A stretch of DNA of 64,000 nucleotides from Schizochytrium sp. TIO01 (GCA_004764695.1 SMSO01000034.1:4650001-4714000); one strand, 5' to 3'; counted from the first letter of the stretch, positions 1-16,100 are shown. Made by a program: numbers and translations. Notes: a model not told the origin generated them from the sequence alone.

Positions 1-86
1 GGGGAAAACATGAATATCTACCTCTATTTAATTCCTATTGGGGCTTGATCATATTTTCATATTCAATCCTTAGGTTAATCCCACTT

Positions 87-260
87 TGAATGAATGAATG
101 AATGAATGAATGAATGAATGAATGAATGAATGAATAAATGAATGAATGAATGAATGAATGAATGAACGAATGAATGAATGAATGAATGAATGAATGAATG
201 AATGAATGAATGAATGAATGAACGAATGAATGAATGAATGAATGAATGAATGAATGAATG
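87..260. repeat. (TGAA)n microsatellite with a few variant units
   Basis: Direct reading; interrupted by TAAA/GAAC units. Confidence 0.98.
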
Positions 261-487
261 GACCGATTCCTTCCTCATGCTTCTTGATACGATTCCTGAC
301 TTGGTCTGTCTGATCTCTCTATTTTGGTGTCAAAAGGAAAGCTCGAGTTCGTGTTCCTGGTTCCCCTTTTCAAGCAACACCAACTAACACATAGGCACCA
401 CCACTGCTGATTCCGTTTTTTCAATTATCTATTCTGCCGTTCATTCATGAGGCGTGAAAAAGGTTAGTTCGCATTTTCAAATATTCA

Positions 488-638
<151 letters not shown>

Positions 639-1811
639 ACTCACTCATTGATTCACTAATTCAAGTTATTTATGTTATGTTATCTTCAATTCTCCTTTTC
701 ATATCATAACTTTGTTACTTTCAATTAAAAAACAAACATGAAAAGGGTTTTTCTTCCCCAAAAGGACGACCCGGCCTTAAAGAATTGGTAATTCCATGCG
801 CAGGCAGTAGCGAATCAAAGAAACGAAGGCACTTCGAAGGAAGCCTTTTCAATACTGCACTTTTGACAACAACTGCTCTAATTAGCAAAATCTGTCTACT
901 CCACCTACGGCCTGAGCACTTTTCACGCCGCCTCCATCGCATGTCCTCTCAGAACTGATTATCGCCACGGCTCTCGCGCTGAAGGATCATGTAACAGTAC
1001 TTTGAAATATACCCTTTTGCAATGGCGGTGGTCTTTCATGCGAAGTTTTCCGAACTCAAGCATTCGCAATTCCATTTGTGATTGCTTTATTTCGTGGTTC
1101 TCAGAAGACCCTACACCACAGGGTTTCGCCAAGCGAGGCGCGGCCTTGAGCAGAAAGAATTGCCTTGCGAGGAGGTTCCATAGAGGAAGCTCCCGATTAA
1201 TTAATTGTCTAGTGCCGCTCGCCTGAAGACTATCTCGTAAGGGCGCTTTATGTCGCTTTATGTCCCATCCATGCGCACGGAAGAGTTCTACGGAGCGAGA
1301 TCTTTCCGTTTGTATTCGATGCTATGCTCGATCACTTTATGGGCTTTTCACCTTTACGTCAAATTCTTGCGACATTGAAGGAATCGTGATTCTTAACTTT
1401 CTTCTGTGTTCAATCGTGAAACTTGAATAGAAAAGGTGGTACTAGGTAGGAAGCAGGTACGTTCGTAGGTAGGTACGCAGGTAGGTAGGTAGTATAACCA
1501 TGTTTTTGCTTCTTCATCCCCATTTTACAGAAAATTGCTGTACGATCGCTTTGTTCAAAGTTGAGTTGCGAGGTATGTAAACTCCTGAACACCTCATTTC
1601 ATGTTATGAAAAGATGAAAGAACTCCTCTAATAACTCCTCCTCGAAGACCCGCCTGAATAAAGCAGTATTTCCTTTTTCCTGAGTTTCATTCTTTGGAAA
1701 ATACAAGCAAGAAAGGCCCTACCAAGCAGGATTTCAGAATCCCTCGTTTCAAGGAGATAAGAGGAAGGGAGGAGACCCATAGAAAGGCGCGCCGTTCCTA
1801 TTCCGCCTAGC

Positions 1812-1854
1812 CTTCTTCTTCTTCTTCTTCTTCTTCTTCTTCTTCTTCTTCTTC
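1812..1854. repeat. (CTT)n microsatellite
   Basis: Direct reading. Confidence 0.95.
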
Positions 1855-4800
1855 CCGTTTATGAGTTCTTCTTTCCAAGGTTCCTCTGTCAAGAATGAAA
1901 GAAAAGAATTATGGTTGTTTCTTTTATAAAATTGGTTTCTTAAAATTTTATTGTTTTATGCTTATTTTTAAACAGAGTAAAGTTGCAGCCCTCATAAACA
2001 ATCGGAGTATCATGGCACGTGCGAGCCACGGCCGAAAAGGAAGAAAGCAAGACACGCTGGCAAGCAGCACGAGCGAGCAGGGACCAGGATAAAGAATAAA
2101 ACAGATCCCATCACGAATTCGCCTGTTTGACCAGTGAGCAAAGACTCTTCGCGAAGAAGTATTTCTATTAATTAGTAAATAAAAGACTTCGACGTTCTCT
2201 GCCTTTGCTTTTTTACCAAAATATTTCGGAGAGAAATGCCTTTAGCATAAAAGTAAGAAACTTAGTTAGTTAGTTAGTTAGTTTCTTTCTTTCTTTTATT
2301 TCATTCGTTTTTAGTTTATTTGTTTTTAGTTTATTTGCTTGTTACTTCGTCCGTTCGTTGGTTGGTTCATCTGGACTTTCGTGCAATGATCAGAGGTGCC
2401 AGGCCTATCATGAGAACTGTATCTGGAATCTTCTGGGAGGGGAGTTCTCTCACGAGTTTCTGTTTTTCTCAGAGTCGTGATTCTGCGTTTATTCAAATTA
2501 TACGTTTTGGTTGTTTCAAGTGGGAAATATGTATATAGATCTTTGGTCGTCTTGGAGAAAAGGAAAAGGAAAAGCCAAGAAACAAACTAACAGAGACAGA
2601 CAGAATTAGAAACAAAACTACACTTGATAGAATGGGCTGTCTATCTTTGGGAAACTCCCTTTTTGGATGAAAACTCTTTTGAGCAAAATAGCCTTTTGGA
2701 AAGGAAGCTATTCTTACTAAAGCATGCACTTTAGCCATCGTTTAGTTGCTCTATTTTATGGTCTATTCATCTATAAGTATTGATAGGTATATCATAGAGT
2801 CACCTCAGGGATCTTAAGCTTTGAAACCTAACTTTTAGTTCAATTAAAAAACAAAACAAAAAAAACGCTAAATTGTAGTACCACGGATCCTTCGAATTCG
2901 TCATAACAAAAAAAAACTCGTACCAGAGAGTCCCCAAATCTGCCACTTCCCAGTCCTCTTGGTTTCAAGCGAGTCGACCCGCAATAAAAGCTCAGGGGTT
3001 GGTTGAACGCTAAACGATAACGAACCGAGACTTTTATGCTTCTTCGTTATCCCGTTTCCCGGCTTTGCATCCTATCGTATTACCCTTTGCGCTGCGCTGC
3101 ACTGCGCGATTCCCGTTCCCTTGCGCAGCATCTCTGGCCGCCCCTGGATGTCCAGCCACGCCATAGCCCTCAAGCAGCCGTGCGTGCACATAATTAACGA
3201 ATCAATGAATTGGCGCTTTTCTCGTGATACGCCCGCCCCAAAGAGCCACCGCATGCATTATCGCCGTCATCAGCATTCTGCTCCGGCAAATCTGGGCCGC
3301 TTCAAATTAATTCGTCGGCGGGATCGCAGAGCGCCCACGCGTGTGGCGTGTCTCTCAGCCAGTGCTCACGCTGAGCGCACGTGGCGCCATTCACCATCCA
3401 TTCACCGCCCCCACAACAACGCCAGCAATGTCGACTGCCCGTGTCGTCGCCAATGTCTGTCTCGCAAAGTCTGACCCTGAAATTCTTTCGGTACCAACGG
3501 CGAAGAAGTCAAAACCGCACGTTTTGGCGATGACTGATTGACTGATTGACTGATGATTGATTGATTGATTGACTGATTGCGATCGATCGATCGATCATCG
3601 TTCGTTGCCTGCATGCATGCCTGCTTCCCAGAATGCGAGTTGCACGCTCGAAGAACGGCGACGTCTTCCGGCAAAACAGAGAAACGAAGCTACCGTCCAG
3701 TGCCTCGAGGTCGCGCAGTAGGACGTTTCTTTCGCAGGCCCGTCAGTCAGTCATTCTCCTATTTGCAGCGTGGCCACGGACGCCTCGAAAGCTTCTTGAA
3801 GCTGGAGAATGGATGACTGAGCGACTGAGAACAGCATAAATGGGCTTTGGTTTTCAAGCAATCAAGCAATCAACGCTTCTGCTGCGGCACCGCATTTCAT
3901 CCCACTGCGACACGGTTCATCATCGCCTCGGGGCGGAATTTGCTATTGGATTGATTCTGTGAACCAAAGTCATTCGCCGTTCGGCAATCTGCCGTATGGA
4001 GAAGCATGCGAAGACATGGAATTGGTTATCAGTCCTCAGCTGAGGACGGGATGTTGGATGAAACTAAATCAACAACGCAAGCAATAGTTGTGTGTTATTT
4101 CTTTCGAGTCGCTGGTTTAAGCGCAGAATAGTTGTGTCAGAGCCGAGATGTCGGAGCAGGAAGGATCGCCAAGGTACCAGCCAGTTCAAGGAAGCACCAA
4201 AATGAAACTCCTGACTACGGTCCATCACGGATGCCTCCCAAAGCAAAGAAGTTTCCATGTTTGACTGCGCTTGCAAGCAAGCAAACAAGCAAACAAGAAA
4301 GCAATCAGGAGCACTTGCTTATGGCTTACTGCGGACGGCCAACCTCAACAGCGATAGCGATGCAGAGAGTTTATTCAGACAGTCTTTCGATTGAGAATGA
4401 GAAAATAAAATAAAACAAAACAAAATAAAAAAGTCTTTCGTTGCAGCTCCATGCGTTATTATTTAATGGATGTCTGTCCTCAGTTTTGTTTTTTTTGGTG
4501 AGAAACAAAGAATATTTAGTGCGTGCTACGTCTCCCTAAAAGAGGAATAAGGAGAGGGCTCCTATTTAGTTATTGCAAGAAAGTTGTTCTCCCACGAGAA
4601 CAATCCATTTCCAAGAACTCTCAGAGAATGCTCGTTCTGGTCCACCCACGGTAATAACGTGCACTGACTCCGAAGGGCGTTCTACCTTACGGTTCAAGCG
4701 CAATGCACCTCACGAAAAGGACGCGAGAGAATCGATCAACCTACTTGGAGAACCATGAATTCATGCATGCATGTTCTTTATTATTATACTGCTACGATCT

Positions 4801-6631
4801 TTCTCCGGTCAAACTAAGTGTTTTGTTTGCTTTTTTTTTGTTTTGTTTTTTTGGTTTAAAGGCGTATGGATGGTGGATGGAAGAAGATTGAGATAGGCCA
4901 ACTGAGCTGTCCCTGCTTATCAATGCAAACAGTATGAATTGGCGACATATACCAACTGACGGGGTCTATCTATCACGTTTTCGACTCAGGGTGTGTTAAT
5001 TACTCTTGGTCCGTTTCTGCCGTCATGGATCGATCAGTTTCGTGCTCGTTTGCATATTTCAATTTTTATTTTTTTGTTCAAAATTAATAAGCCTTGTTGC
5101 TCTTCTCTTTCTCTTATTATACCGAGTAGGTTTGTTATGCTCGCTCTTTGTTTTTCGATAGTTGTCAAAGAATTTATTTTAAAATAAACAATAAAAACGA
5201 GAATATGCAGAAATATTCTTTGAATGTTGACATGAAACACACCTTTGCAATTGATCGTTCATTAACTCTTTGAAGCGGAGAGAGCTCAATCATAGGGAGG
5301 CGCGTGCTTAATAAAAAAAATTAGAAAAAAACAAAAAACAAAAAAAAACTAAGGAGAGAGAGACGAGAGACCTTCTTTACTAACAGACTAACAGACAAAT
5401 AGACCGACTGTTGGGCATGCAAAAGATATGAATGAATGAATGAATGAATGAATAAACAATTAATCAAACAAAGAAGTCAATAAATGACGGATAAAAATCC
5501 AAGAGAGGGAGTGGTTTCAAAGAATAATATCTTCCCAAGATCTCGTCCTGTTGGCTGTCGGTCATTGAATAATAGGCATTTTCCTCAACAGAACAAGATC
5601 GATGAATCGAATCGTGGTCTGATCTTGACTTGAAAGATCCCGAACTTCACGATCTCTCCCACTCCGCTTGTTTGCGTGAACGGGGCGCCTTTTACTTTTG
5701 GGTTTCGATCTTGCGGGTCAGTTGAAAGGGCGTTTGTTTCCAAGCGTGGATCATTTTTCGATATCTCGTGTGTATGCTTCTACTCCTAGTACCTTGCTAC
5801 GAGTCCCTGTGCGCGAGGTGAAACTGAAGCATTATGCCTACGGCTGCTGAGTCCGTCTGTTCGTTTGCATCGTTTCATCTGTTGTTTCATTTTCGATTCT
5901 ACTTATTTATTTATACATTTATTTATTTGATTCTTTATTTAATTGAAAAAACAGATGAAGAAGGGGCTTTTCGTTGAACGGGGAAAGCAAAAGCAGAAAG
6001 CCAAAACAAAACATGGTCCTTAAACTTGGAGCCGTGGTAGTGCAATTATTGGGAGAGGGAGCCCTGTTATCTGGGGATGAGGCTTCGCCACAGATCGGAA
6101 CTGCATAATTTAGTTGTAGCCGTAGCAGGTTCTGGGATTTATTTTCTAACACGCACAGAGAGACAGACAGACACCTTGGTGGAAAAAGTAGAATCTCAAA
6201 ACTTCATTCCTTCAGCCTTTTTAATAATTGATGAATATGAATCACTCAGTTTTGGTGATAAAAGAAGAATGGCGTTGAACATGCATAAAAGAGATCGTAC
6301 CTACTCCTCCTTCATTATGGTTTCACAAGGACCATACTTCCCTATCGTGCCAAAAGAATAGAAGCACGAAAAATAGCCCATCTGCAGTACTCTGACTGAA
6401 AAGGCTGTATAGAAGATCCCAGAGCAGGCTCTTAGATTGTTGCCGTCACATGACATGACATGACATGACAAGGCAAGGCAAGACAAGTTAAGTTGTCTTT
6501 TGGAGATCGATCGACCACCTCCACACCCCAATGGACCCCCAAAAGTTCCCAGTGAAACAATCGAACACAGGGATTAATTACGTCCAAGCACAAGCTCATT
6601 GAACTGCCGTTTAATGAACCCCAATCAATGG

Positions 6632-6965
<334 letters not shown>

Positions 6966-8606
6966 TAAAACAATGTGTTATTACTTATCCTCCGATTCCC
7001 TGGAGATCTCAATCTTTTCCAAATCCTTCCTTTGAACCACCGTCGTGACAGTGAACTGACAAAAGGCATGCAAATAGATAAAGCTAATAAGCTCTGCTCC
7101 TCCTTCAAGATACTCAAGCAATCAATCAGTCCATAAGTGTATAAATAAACAATGTGTATAAAGCGACAGCGGCTTTCATTATTTCTGTTTATTCCCTCAC
7201 GATTGCGTGGCCCTGCGGATCGCGAATGTATTTTGCGATCAAGATTGATTGTCTATCACAGGAGCGACCACCAGCACCTTCGGACTTATGCATGTCCTTT
7301 TCTTTCCCCTTTGGTCTAAGTAAGTCAGTAGTCGCCGTTCTATAAGTAGACAGACAGCTTTAGAACGAATGCTGCGTAGTAAGGAGAGCAGGCATTGTTA
7401 GTAAAAGTCGAGAGAGAAGAATATACAGAAAGGCTGGAGAAATGCCACCAACCTCCAGAAGAGCCACGGTCGCGAACCTGCACGCTCCTCTCTGCTGATC
7501 GAGCCGTCGATGGCCTCCTTCCTTTGGGGCGATCCTGAGCAGCAGAGAGCGAGCTACATGCACCGGTTATTGATTGCCTCGTCCTCTCGTTTTGTCTAAA
7601 TCGATGACTGATAACTTCTCTGTTTGTTTTTTTGTAGATTTTTATTCATTTAAACAATATGTTTTTTTATGGATGAATGAATGTTCAGTTTCCACGACTG
7701 CAATTTTGGGGCCTCTCCTGCTGTGCGAAGCGGAGTAAAATGGGCGGTCTGCGAGGCGGGATGATTTATGGTCCGTGACCGTGCGAAGACAAGCAGGCGG
7801 AACAGCGGTGGCGAGCCTCGTCAGAAGCCTCTTAGCTTCTCGCAGCTTTGGTTTCGAGATCGCGTGAGCCTGGAGTGAAGAATGTTAAAACATTTTATGG
7901 AAGACTTCTCCCAAATTAATTTTTCCTCTAGCAGGCAGTACCTTTTTCTTTTGTTCTCTTTTCAGATTTAGTTATTCATTAGTTTTGGTTTTTTCCCTCT
8001 GGCGAGCGACTTTTATTGTATTTTTTAGTTCTTCTAATTTAAATTTAGAAAGAGCGAAGAGAGGGGTCTCCGATATTGGTGTGCTGCGAACCGAGGGCAA
8101 TATAAACTTGAAAGAAGAATAATCCGATCGCGAAGATTCGATCAATCTCAGGTGGGAGAACTTGACTCAAGACTTAGCAATTCTTCCGAGGTAGTGCTTT
8201 GCAGATTATTGTCTTTCTTACTTCCCGTGGTTTTGATATTCTTGTCTTTTTGTTTTGGGATGCTTTCAGAAGGTAACGAAGCTTGTCTGTTTAGTCGCCT
8301 GCTATTGTTTCTCTGATAAAATTAAAAACTAAGATAAAGGAATATTTAAATTTTTATATTAAAAAAAAAAACTACCAGAAATCCTCGCGCGAAAATTAGT
8401 TGTTTCTGTCGAAAAAAATAAGGCACAATGACAATTTATAATAATTCGCAGGGAAGGGAATTTCTTTTTTCTCTTATTGATGAGACCAATTCTTATAAAA
8501 AGAAAAAAGAAAAAACGCCAGGAAAACAGAGGTACTATGCACGAGCCATGGACGGAGCCGGTCCTAGCGCTTGAGTTAGAAAGGCTTGGTACGGCGATTT
8601 CACCTG

Positions 8607-8662
8607 TTTTGTTTGTTTGTTTGTTTGTTTGTTTGTTTGTTTGTTTGTTTGTTTGTTTGTTT
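8607..8662. repeat. (TTTG)n microsatellite
   Basis: Direct reading. Confidence 0.95.
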
Positions 8663-10113
8663 ATTTGTAGAGATGATAGGTGGTTCAAAATGAGCTGCAT
8701 TATTATTACACTGCGCGATTTTCTATGCAGGGATTAAAAATATTCAAGCAAAAGGCAGCAGAGTGTGCACTCACTCGTGTCGTCTTACCTGTTGAGGAAA
8801 AGCAGACTCTCAAGCTCGTGGGTCCTTTGTTATCCTTTGCCCCTTTCTCTTTCTTTGCAGTGTTGCGCTGAACTTGTCCTATAGGAGCATTCAAAGGCTG
8901 CACAACCACGGAGCTGTTTGGCTCTTCGCCCATTCATTCTTTGGGTACCCTGGATAGCTTTTAGTTTTCTGGGGTCTGTCTCTACAGCATTCAAGATCGC
9001 AGTCTTCGCCCATGTCTTTCAAACGTTTTTTTAACATAAATATATTTTTTAATTATAAAAATAAAGAATAGATCGCATTCACCTTTTCCTTTTGAGGGCT
9101 TCCCCCCTTCTCAGCAGGCTGCTGGAAAACAGGGAGTGACGCTGCTTAGTAAAGTATAAATCAGTTATGCTTTCCGCAATGAACAGAGCATACGTACGCC
9201 GTCCTAGCTGCGAGAAATGTATCCTCCTAAACTAAACGCGGTGCTTTTGGCTGGAATCTGCCCAGAAGGATTATGAATACAGTGGATCGATCGCCAATGC
9301 ATGGGAGGTATGAAAGCAAAAGGCGCTGACAAAAGGCGCTGATGAATATATTATTAATCAAGAGCGAGCTGTATTCTAAGGTCATAGTGGTCCTTTGCAG
9401 TTTCCTTCAATTCATATTATTTGAAGTGACTGAATGAAACTAAATTGAGAATTTAAAAGTGAATGAGATACACCTAGAATTGCAAGGAAGCAGGACGAGG
9501 AACATGTTCCCGCAGTTGTGGCGGGGGGCAGGAAAGCAATTAGGTGCGTACAATCGAGTCCCGCAGTGTGCAATAACGACCTGAAAACCGCGGAAAGGAT
9601 CATTGCTTTTTCTTCGCCTGCAATGTTGAAAGCGAATGGCGTCTACGTGAATGAATGAATAAATGCATGAATGCATGAATACTGATCGCGTAAATGCGCA
9701 ATGGCACAAGTAATTGTGAAAGCCCGCAAGCCTGCTCCGGATTTAACTTCTAGTGCCCATTTTGAGTTACTTTTTAGAATCATATATGTGCAATATAAAT
9801 GTATACGCTTATGAGAAACTGGAGCGCGCGCCACCTGCTCATTCAATTCCTGCTCTCTCACAAAGTACTTTAGAATCAATATTATTGCGACTGGAGTGAT
9901 GTTTGTTGACCAGGTGGCACGATGCTGAAAAGGGCGAAGATGATTACGCGTCGCTGGAGAGAAAGATCGACTCCGCGTGTGCATTTCGCGTGTGTATGTG
10001 TGGATGTTCTTCCCTTGGTGGAGTACAAGTAAGCCGGAGGCCATAAAGTATTAAGCTCTCGAGGGCTGGTTTTTGCCAAATCTTTGGCGATCTTTAAAAA
10101 TGAATCTGGTTCT

Positions 10114-10149
10114 CTTCTTCTTCTTCTTCTTCTTCTTCTTCTTCTTCTT
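10114..10149. repeat. (CTT)n microsatellite
   Basis: Direct reading. Confidence 0.93.
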
Positions 10150-13100
10150 TTTTTCTTTATAAAAATATTGTTGATTATAAATAGTAGACTACAACATACT
10201 ACACTACTTTATCATAAGCGCTATTCTTATTACATGTATATAGTATTTATTTCAATATTTTATGTGAAACATTGAGTGTTTGATCGAATGGCAGAGCAAG
10301 AAAGCTCAAACAGCACCTGAACGGACTCTCTAGACCCAAGACCACAAACGTGAAAAGATTGAAGGTAAACTGATTGCAGAGCGAAAAAGGATGTATTCTG
10401 CTCTCTCACAGATCGTTGTAGAGTTCGTTCGGTGTTTTTATCATCTGATTCAAACACAAAAAGGCATTAAAGAAATCAACAACGTAAATAAAATAACGTT
10501 GATGTTCATCTTCGCATTTCTCAACGCCTGGAATATATAGGTTCATCTGTGCAGCTTCGGTCATTCAAAGGCCTTCGCAAACCAAGAATCCTTCACTTCT
10601 CTCTATCGCCGGCTCTCTTGAACATTGCTGCAGTCCCATCTTGTTCGCTGCTTCGTGATATGTGCAACCGCTGCTGCCTTCTTGAAAAGTATGGGGATCG
10701 TTTTAAAAAATAAAAAAGGAAACAAATTGATGTTTTTTTGGGGTGACAGAGAGGAGCATTATTTTAAGAGTACCACATAAGAAAGCTATGTTGCACTCAG
10801 GTAGCTTCGAGACTTGTTGACGCAAGATTGAAGTCTTCAAAACGCAAATCTTTCACTAGCTCTTCTTCCTCGAGATGATAGTCGCAATACGTGCCAAACT
10901 TTAAAATGGTTATGTAAAGAAATGATATCTATGATAAAATATTTTAAACTAAAAAATAGAAAGTTCTGATTAATCGCTCCGATGACAGTTGAAATCTTCA
11001 GATCGACATAAGACATGCATTTCTTCGGGAACATAGACGCCTGGATAGAATAAAGCGCCACAATCAAGAATGAATGAAAATCAGTTGTCAACACCCGCTC
11101 AGTCACAAGCTGTCATTATGGTTTTCCTTTATCTTGGCGATAAAAACCATAATCTTGATGTCTTTTTCATCTCTTCACAAATTGCCGTTGTTAATGTATC
11201 TTTTTTATGGACTTCCTGGGCAAATAGTTCTTGTTGGTTGCAGACTACAGAAGTTCTCGTGTCTCGCTTTATGGAGATTGAACAAAGCCTGTATTATTGA
11301 TGTTCACGGTTGCAGTGTCCATGCATGCGGAGTCTAGTGCATGCGGGAACACAGTATCATCATCTTATTTTATGTGCATTTGTATGTGGTTAGATATGTA
11401 AAGGCAAAACTTCAGTATCAGACGCAGGTGCCGCAAATACTCAAACCTCCTGAACAACTAAAGAAATGTAAGTTTTCTTCTTCTTCTTCTTCTTCTACGT
11501 CAGTTGTTGCTGTTGGCTTCTCTGTCCCTCGGAGATACTTCCTCATTCGAGAAACAGGCCTTCCTTCGCCTGCAAGTGCAATGCAACTTCTCAAACTCCC
11601 TCACGAGCATAATTATGATCCTGCTAGCACCACTACAGCCTCTCATTTTTTAAGAAAATAGTATGGCAATAAGAGTATTTTAATATCATAAAACAAAGAG
11701 GGAGAAAGACCTAAAATTAAAATTGATTAAAAATGCTCAGACACATGCAATAGAGGTACTAACTGCTTTACCATATGAAGGACTATTCAGAGTTAGTTAG
11801 AAGAGGAATTCGTCCGTGCTGGGGACCCCAGAAGCCTCACAGCCAGCCAGATAGATATACAAAGACAGACAGTCAGTTAGTCAGACAAACGGACAGCCGA
11901 CCTCAAACAGAAGAAGGACGGCCCTGCTCTGGACGCAGGGACAACGGCCAATTTGGCGGCGCAGCTTGAGCGAAACACAACGAATGTCCTTCGGTCCAAT
12001 CAGTCAGAATCAATGAAATTGGTGCATCTCTCTCCTCGCAGCTTTCTTCTCAATGGCTTCTGCTTCTTCTTCTCTTCACATCAAATCGATTTGGCGGCCA
12101 TGAGAATGATTGAAAGTAGTGATGGAAACGATGGGGATCGTGGAGCCCTCCGTTTGATTCTTTTAATTCAGATCATGCTAACCTGAGAATATCGAATGCA
12201 GGACCTAGCAAGGGAAGCGAAGCCAACTGTTGACTCGAGTATGCAGTGCTCTAGAGGTCGAACTGCATAAACTTCAAGCCAAGGGCGTCTGTTTGTTATT
12301 CTGTGTATTTATTTATTCAATCCTTCTTTGTTTCTTTTGTTTATTTGTTTATTTGTATGACAGGTTCAATTTATCCAAACATCTAGACGAAGATAACGTC
12401 ACCGTTCTGCATGTATATACAAAGTAGTGTCGCGAGCAAAGCTCAGAAATTATCGACGCTCCTATGGGATAAGAAAGACCAAGGTCAAGCAAGCCGTGGA
12501 AGAAGAGAGCAACGCTGCTCTCCAAGAATTTGTTTCCCTTGCTTTGAGGTAGAGCTAGCTATGCAGCTGATTAGCGAGTCCTCTACTGATTACGTCTAGA
12601 GCTGCCTCCGAATTTTAAGTCACCACTGGCAAAACTATATAAATGTAGCAACTATATAAATGTAGCCGGAAATAGTTCTAAAGTGCTGTGGTAACGGAAG
12701 CGGAGCTCTGCTGTGGCAGGGCCGTAACCACGAATCAATCATCTCCCTGATAGGAAACTTTGCTGATCAACAGCTCATACACATGAGGTATCGTCATTTG
12801 CATGTCAAAAAGCACCTTTGACCCCAAATTGTGATCGATAGCGAGCCAATCTTCTCCCTTTTGCAAAGTGTTATTAATCAAGTCGACTAGAAGATAATAT
12901 ATGTAATTAAAAGAAAGAAAGAAGAAGAAAAGAATCATAATCACAGCATATGAGGTGCCAACATAGATTGTGCATGTTTAAAGAGACTCGCCAACTTAGA
13001 AGCTATTTTTAAAACCAACTTTGATTGTTTGTTTTCTTTTGAACTCGTAGCAGAACACCAAGACTAGTAGCATCTTTATTAACAGCCATGGTATTACTAA

Positions 13101-16100
13101 AGATAAGACATCATCAGGTTAGGTTAAAATAATTAAAAACTTCAATATAATAAGAACATAAATAAAAAGAATGTAGTCGTGCTACGAACAGGATGGTGCC
13201 TCGTAAGATGGATCTAAATTCGCGCTCGCACAAAGTAAATAGTGATTCTCAAATCCGCATTGCTGAAGAGAGGTACATTTAATCATAATGCATGGTTTCT
13301 TTTCTTTTCATCTTCTCCAACTTTTATAATTTATTTGATTACTTTTTTTCAAAGTTAATTCTCGTTCTTTTCAATTGTGCCTTTTTATCATTCGAAAATT
13401 CATGGAGACTAGTGAGACAGCCAAAGTGGGCAGCAACTATCACCTGCTGAAACTACTGCAAGATTTTGTTGCCTTTGCGCGTATATTCTTCTTGTCGTGT
13501 GCCAAACAAAATTGTAGAGCATGCACGTTTGATTTCAGGCCTATATGTGTCGGATTGCCGGTTTTCCATTTCTTTTCTTCTTTTCTTTTCCCCGTCCCCT
13601 TTTGAGTCAGAAATATACAAGCATCTATAATGGTTTCGTCTCACAGAACAGTTTCATAATAAATGATTTCCTACCCTATCGAAAACTCGTGAGTAGAAAA
13701 AATATAAAAAAAGTAGTGGAGCCCCACTTCGTTTGGTTTTTCTAATTGGTCGGCTGTTGTTGCAATGTGTGGTGTCGAGAGAACATGCTGAGCAATGCCA
13801 GGAATGACTTTCTCTATGTTACGAACCACAATTTTTTAATATAATACTGGCATTATGAGGGGCCTGCATGGCCTAATTTTTAGCACTCAGCTCACATCTT
13901 GAAGGTATTCCTTCATTTGGCTTTCTCCGCATCATTACCTACGACTCCAACTTAACTACCTAGTTCAACTATAGGGTGCAAAAGAAAGAAGTGATCGACT
14001 CACCAACTTATCACTTTTTACTCTTTTTTCTACTTTCACAGCTCTTTTCACCCTTCTGAAAGCGCATGCAAGTAACAATTGGGATTTGTTAACCTTCCGT
14101 GTGAACACCTTCCTCTTATTTTATTTCATTTAATAATTATTTTCTCTTTAGAATTATATATGTACTTCAACTATCACAGAAAAGGAGCTCGATCACAGTT
14201 GTAGTAGAATGGAGGAGACTGTGCACTCACCACGATCTCGATCTAGTGACCGTACTCTCTAATCACTCCGTACTGATCATTGCGAAAAACAACTCTAGAT
14301 AAAAGAGACACGAGCCCAAGTTTTGAGGTAACATTTCTTTCCATCTTTCAGGTTCCTTTTTTTAAATCAACTGAAAGGAAATTCACCTTTTCCACTTTTA
14401 TTAATTAGCCCTAATACTATCCTTAAGTCTTTTACGAACTTCCCTACTTTAAAATCAGAACCTACACTTTTCTGTTCTTGTTTCTTTTCTTTTGCTCGGT
14501 TTCCTTCGCCCACTTAAATTAAAATAAAACTATGTTTTTGGATAAATTAATTTATTTCATGCTTTAACTGATTCTTATACTTACTTTTTTTTTAAAGGAT
14601 GGAAACATTTTCTATGAAGAGTAACATTAAACTACAGTTTCAACTCCCACGTTTCTGCAAGGTCTCACATGTGGAGCTCATGTTTACTACCGTACCTGGC
14701 GATAACGCTAGATCCCACTTTCTTACATTTGAACAGGCGGATCATCCATTGTTTGGCAATAAATTTCGAAATATAATGGTTTTCTTATTTTCCCATGCTG
14801 TGGATAACAACAAAAACGACAAAGCGTCACGTCTTCAATGATGTAACTATGGAATCTCGTGCCTGATTGCTTTCCATACCTGAAAACTGGGTTTTTTCTT
14901 TCTTTTTATGAAATTCAATGATGATGTTGCTCCATACTTTGGCTCCTCTAACTTCTTCATCTTCTTCTCAATAATTCTTTGGTGTTTAAAATGAATTAAC
15001 TTCCTTGCTTCTTTCATGTATGTTTTTAATCTTTTTACCATTTTTCATGATTTTAACGATGAAAAAAAAATAAAAAACATAAAAAACAACAACTATAAAT
15101 TTGCTCACGATGAAGGAGTCCTGATTTTGACTCCCTCGCCCTGAATGCACAAAGTTGGTCCACGGACAAGCTCCAAAGCAGTAATGATATTCAGGCCCCT
15201 CGGGAGATAAACAACCGCTACCGCAAAAACAATAAAAATAAGAATCTGACCGCGGGATAGAGGGAACATGAGTCCTGTCGCTTAGCTTTATACTTTTGCT
15301 ATATCTTTTAAAAATAGTATTCCTATATGTCTTTTGAATTTCTATCAATTGATGTGATCTACGCGCGCACAAAATTAGGCTTCCACAAATTGAACTACTC
15401 TTATTACCAACTTGGTTTTTTCCTCTTTTGCTTTTAAAGAACCCTCTTGCCTAGCCAAAAGTAAGAAATTTAAAAAGAAAACTCACCCTTTCTGTTAGAA
15501 CATATGCCTCTTTCCCTGTAAGACAAAGGTTAGGTACCTCCCTTCCCCACCTGTTGCTTCCGATATCCTCTCTGCCTGTGATATTTCATGACAATAAAAG
15601 GAAATCCCTGCGTTTGCAATGTTACTATGTTGGAACCAATTTAAGCTGTAAAATAAATTAGAGATTCGCATACATGAACGTGATACAAATATTTTATTCT
15701 TTGCAGGGTTGGTTATTAAAACATGGAATGAGCATGGACTCTTACATATACCTAAATATATCCACCCAAGTTCCATCCGTCCTCTTTTCGTAGAGTCAGA
15801 TGAGCCTATGTGGGAGCGCTTATGTCGCTTGAGAATATATATTTTAACTTCTTAGATATTTTCAAAATAAAGAACTGAGGATGAATTTTACTTTAATTAA
15901 AACGTTTTTTTTACGCTGTCCTTCTTTTTCCCACATCCAAAAAGCATGATTTGTGATTAAGACATGGACATATAGTATAATTTATTTTACTCACTAACTT
16001 TGATGTGATAGTAGATGAAAGAGTTCTCCCATTCACCGGAGCAACTTCCATTCCACTGAATAGAGAGCATATCATACTCCTATTCGTTTTCAATTAAAGA

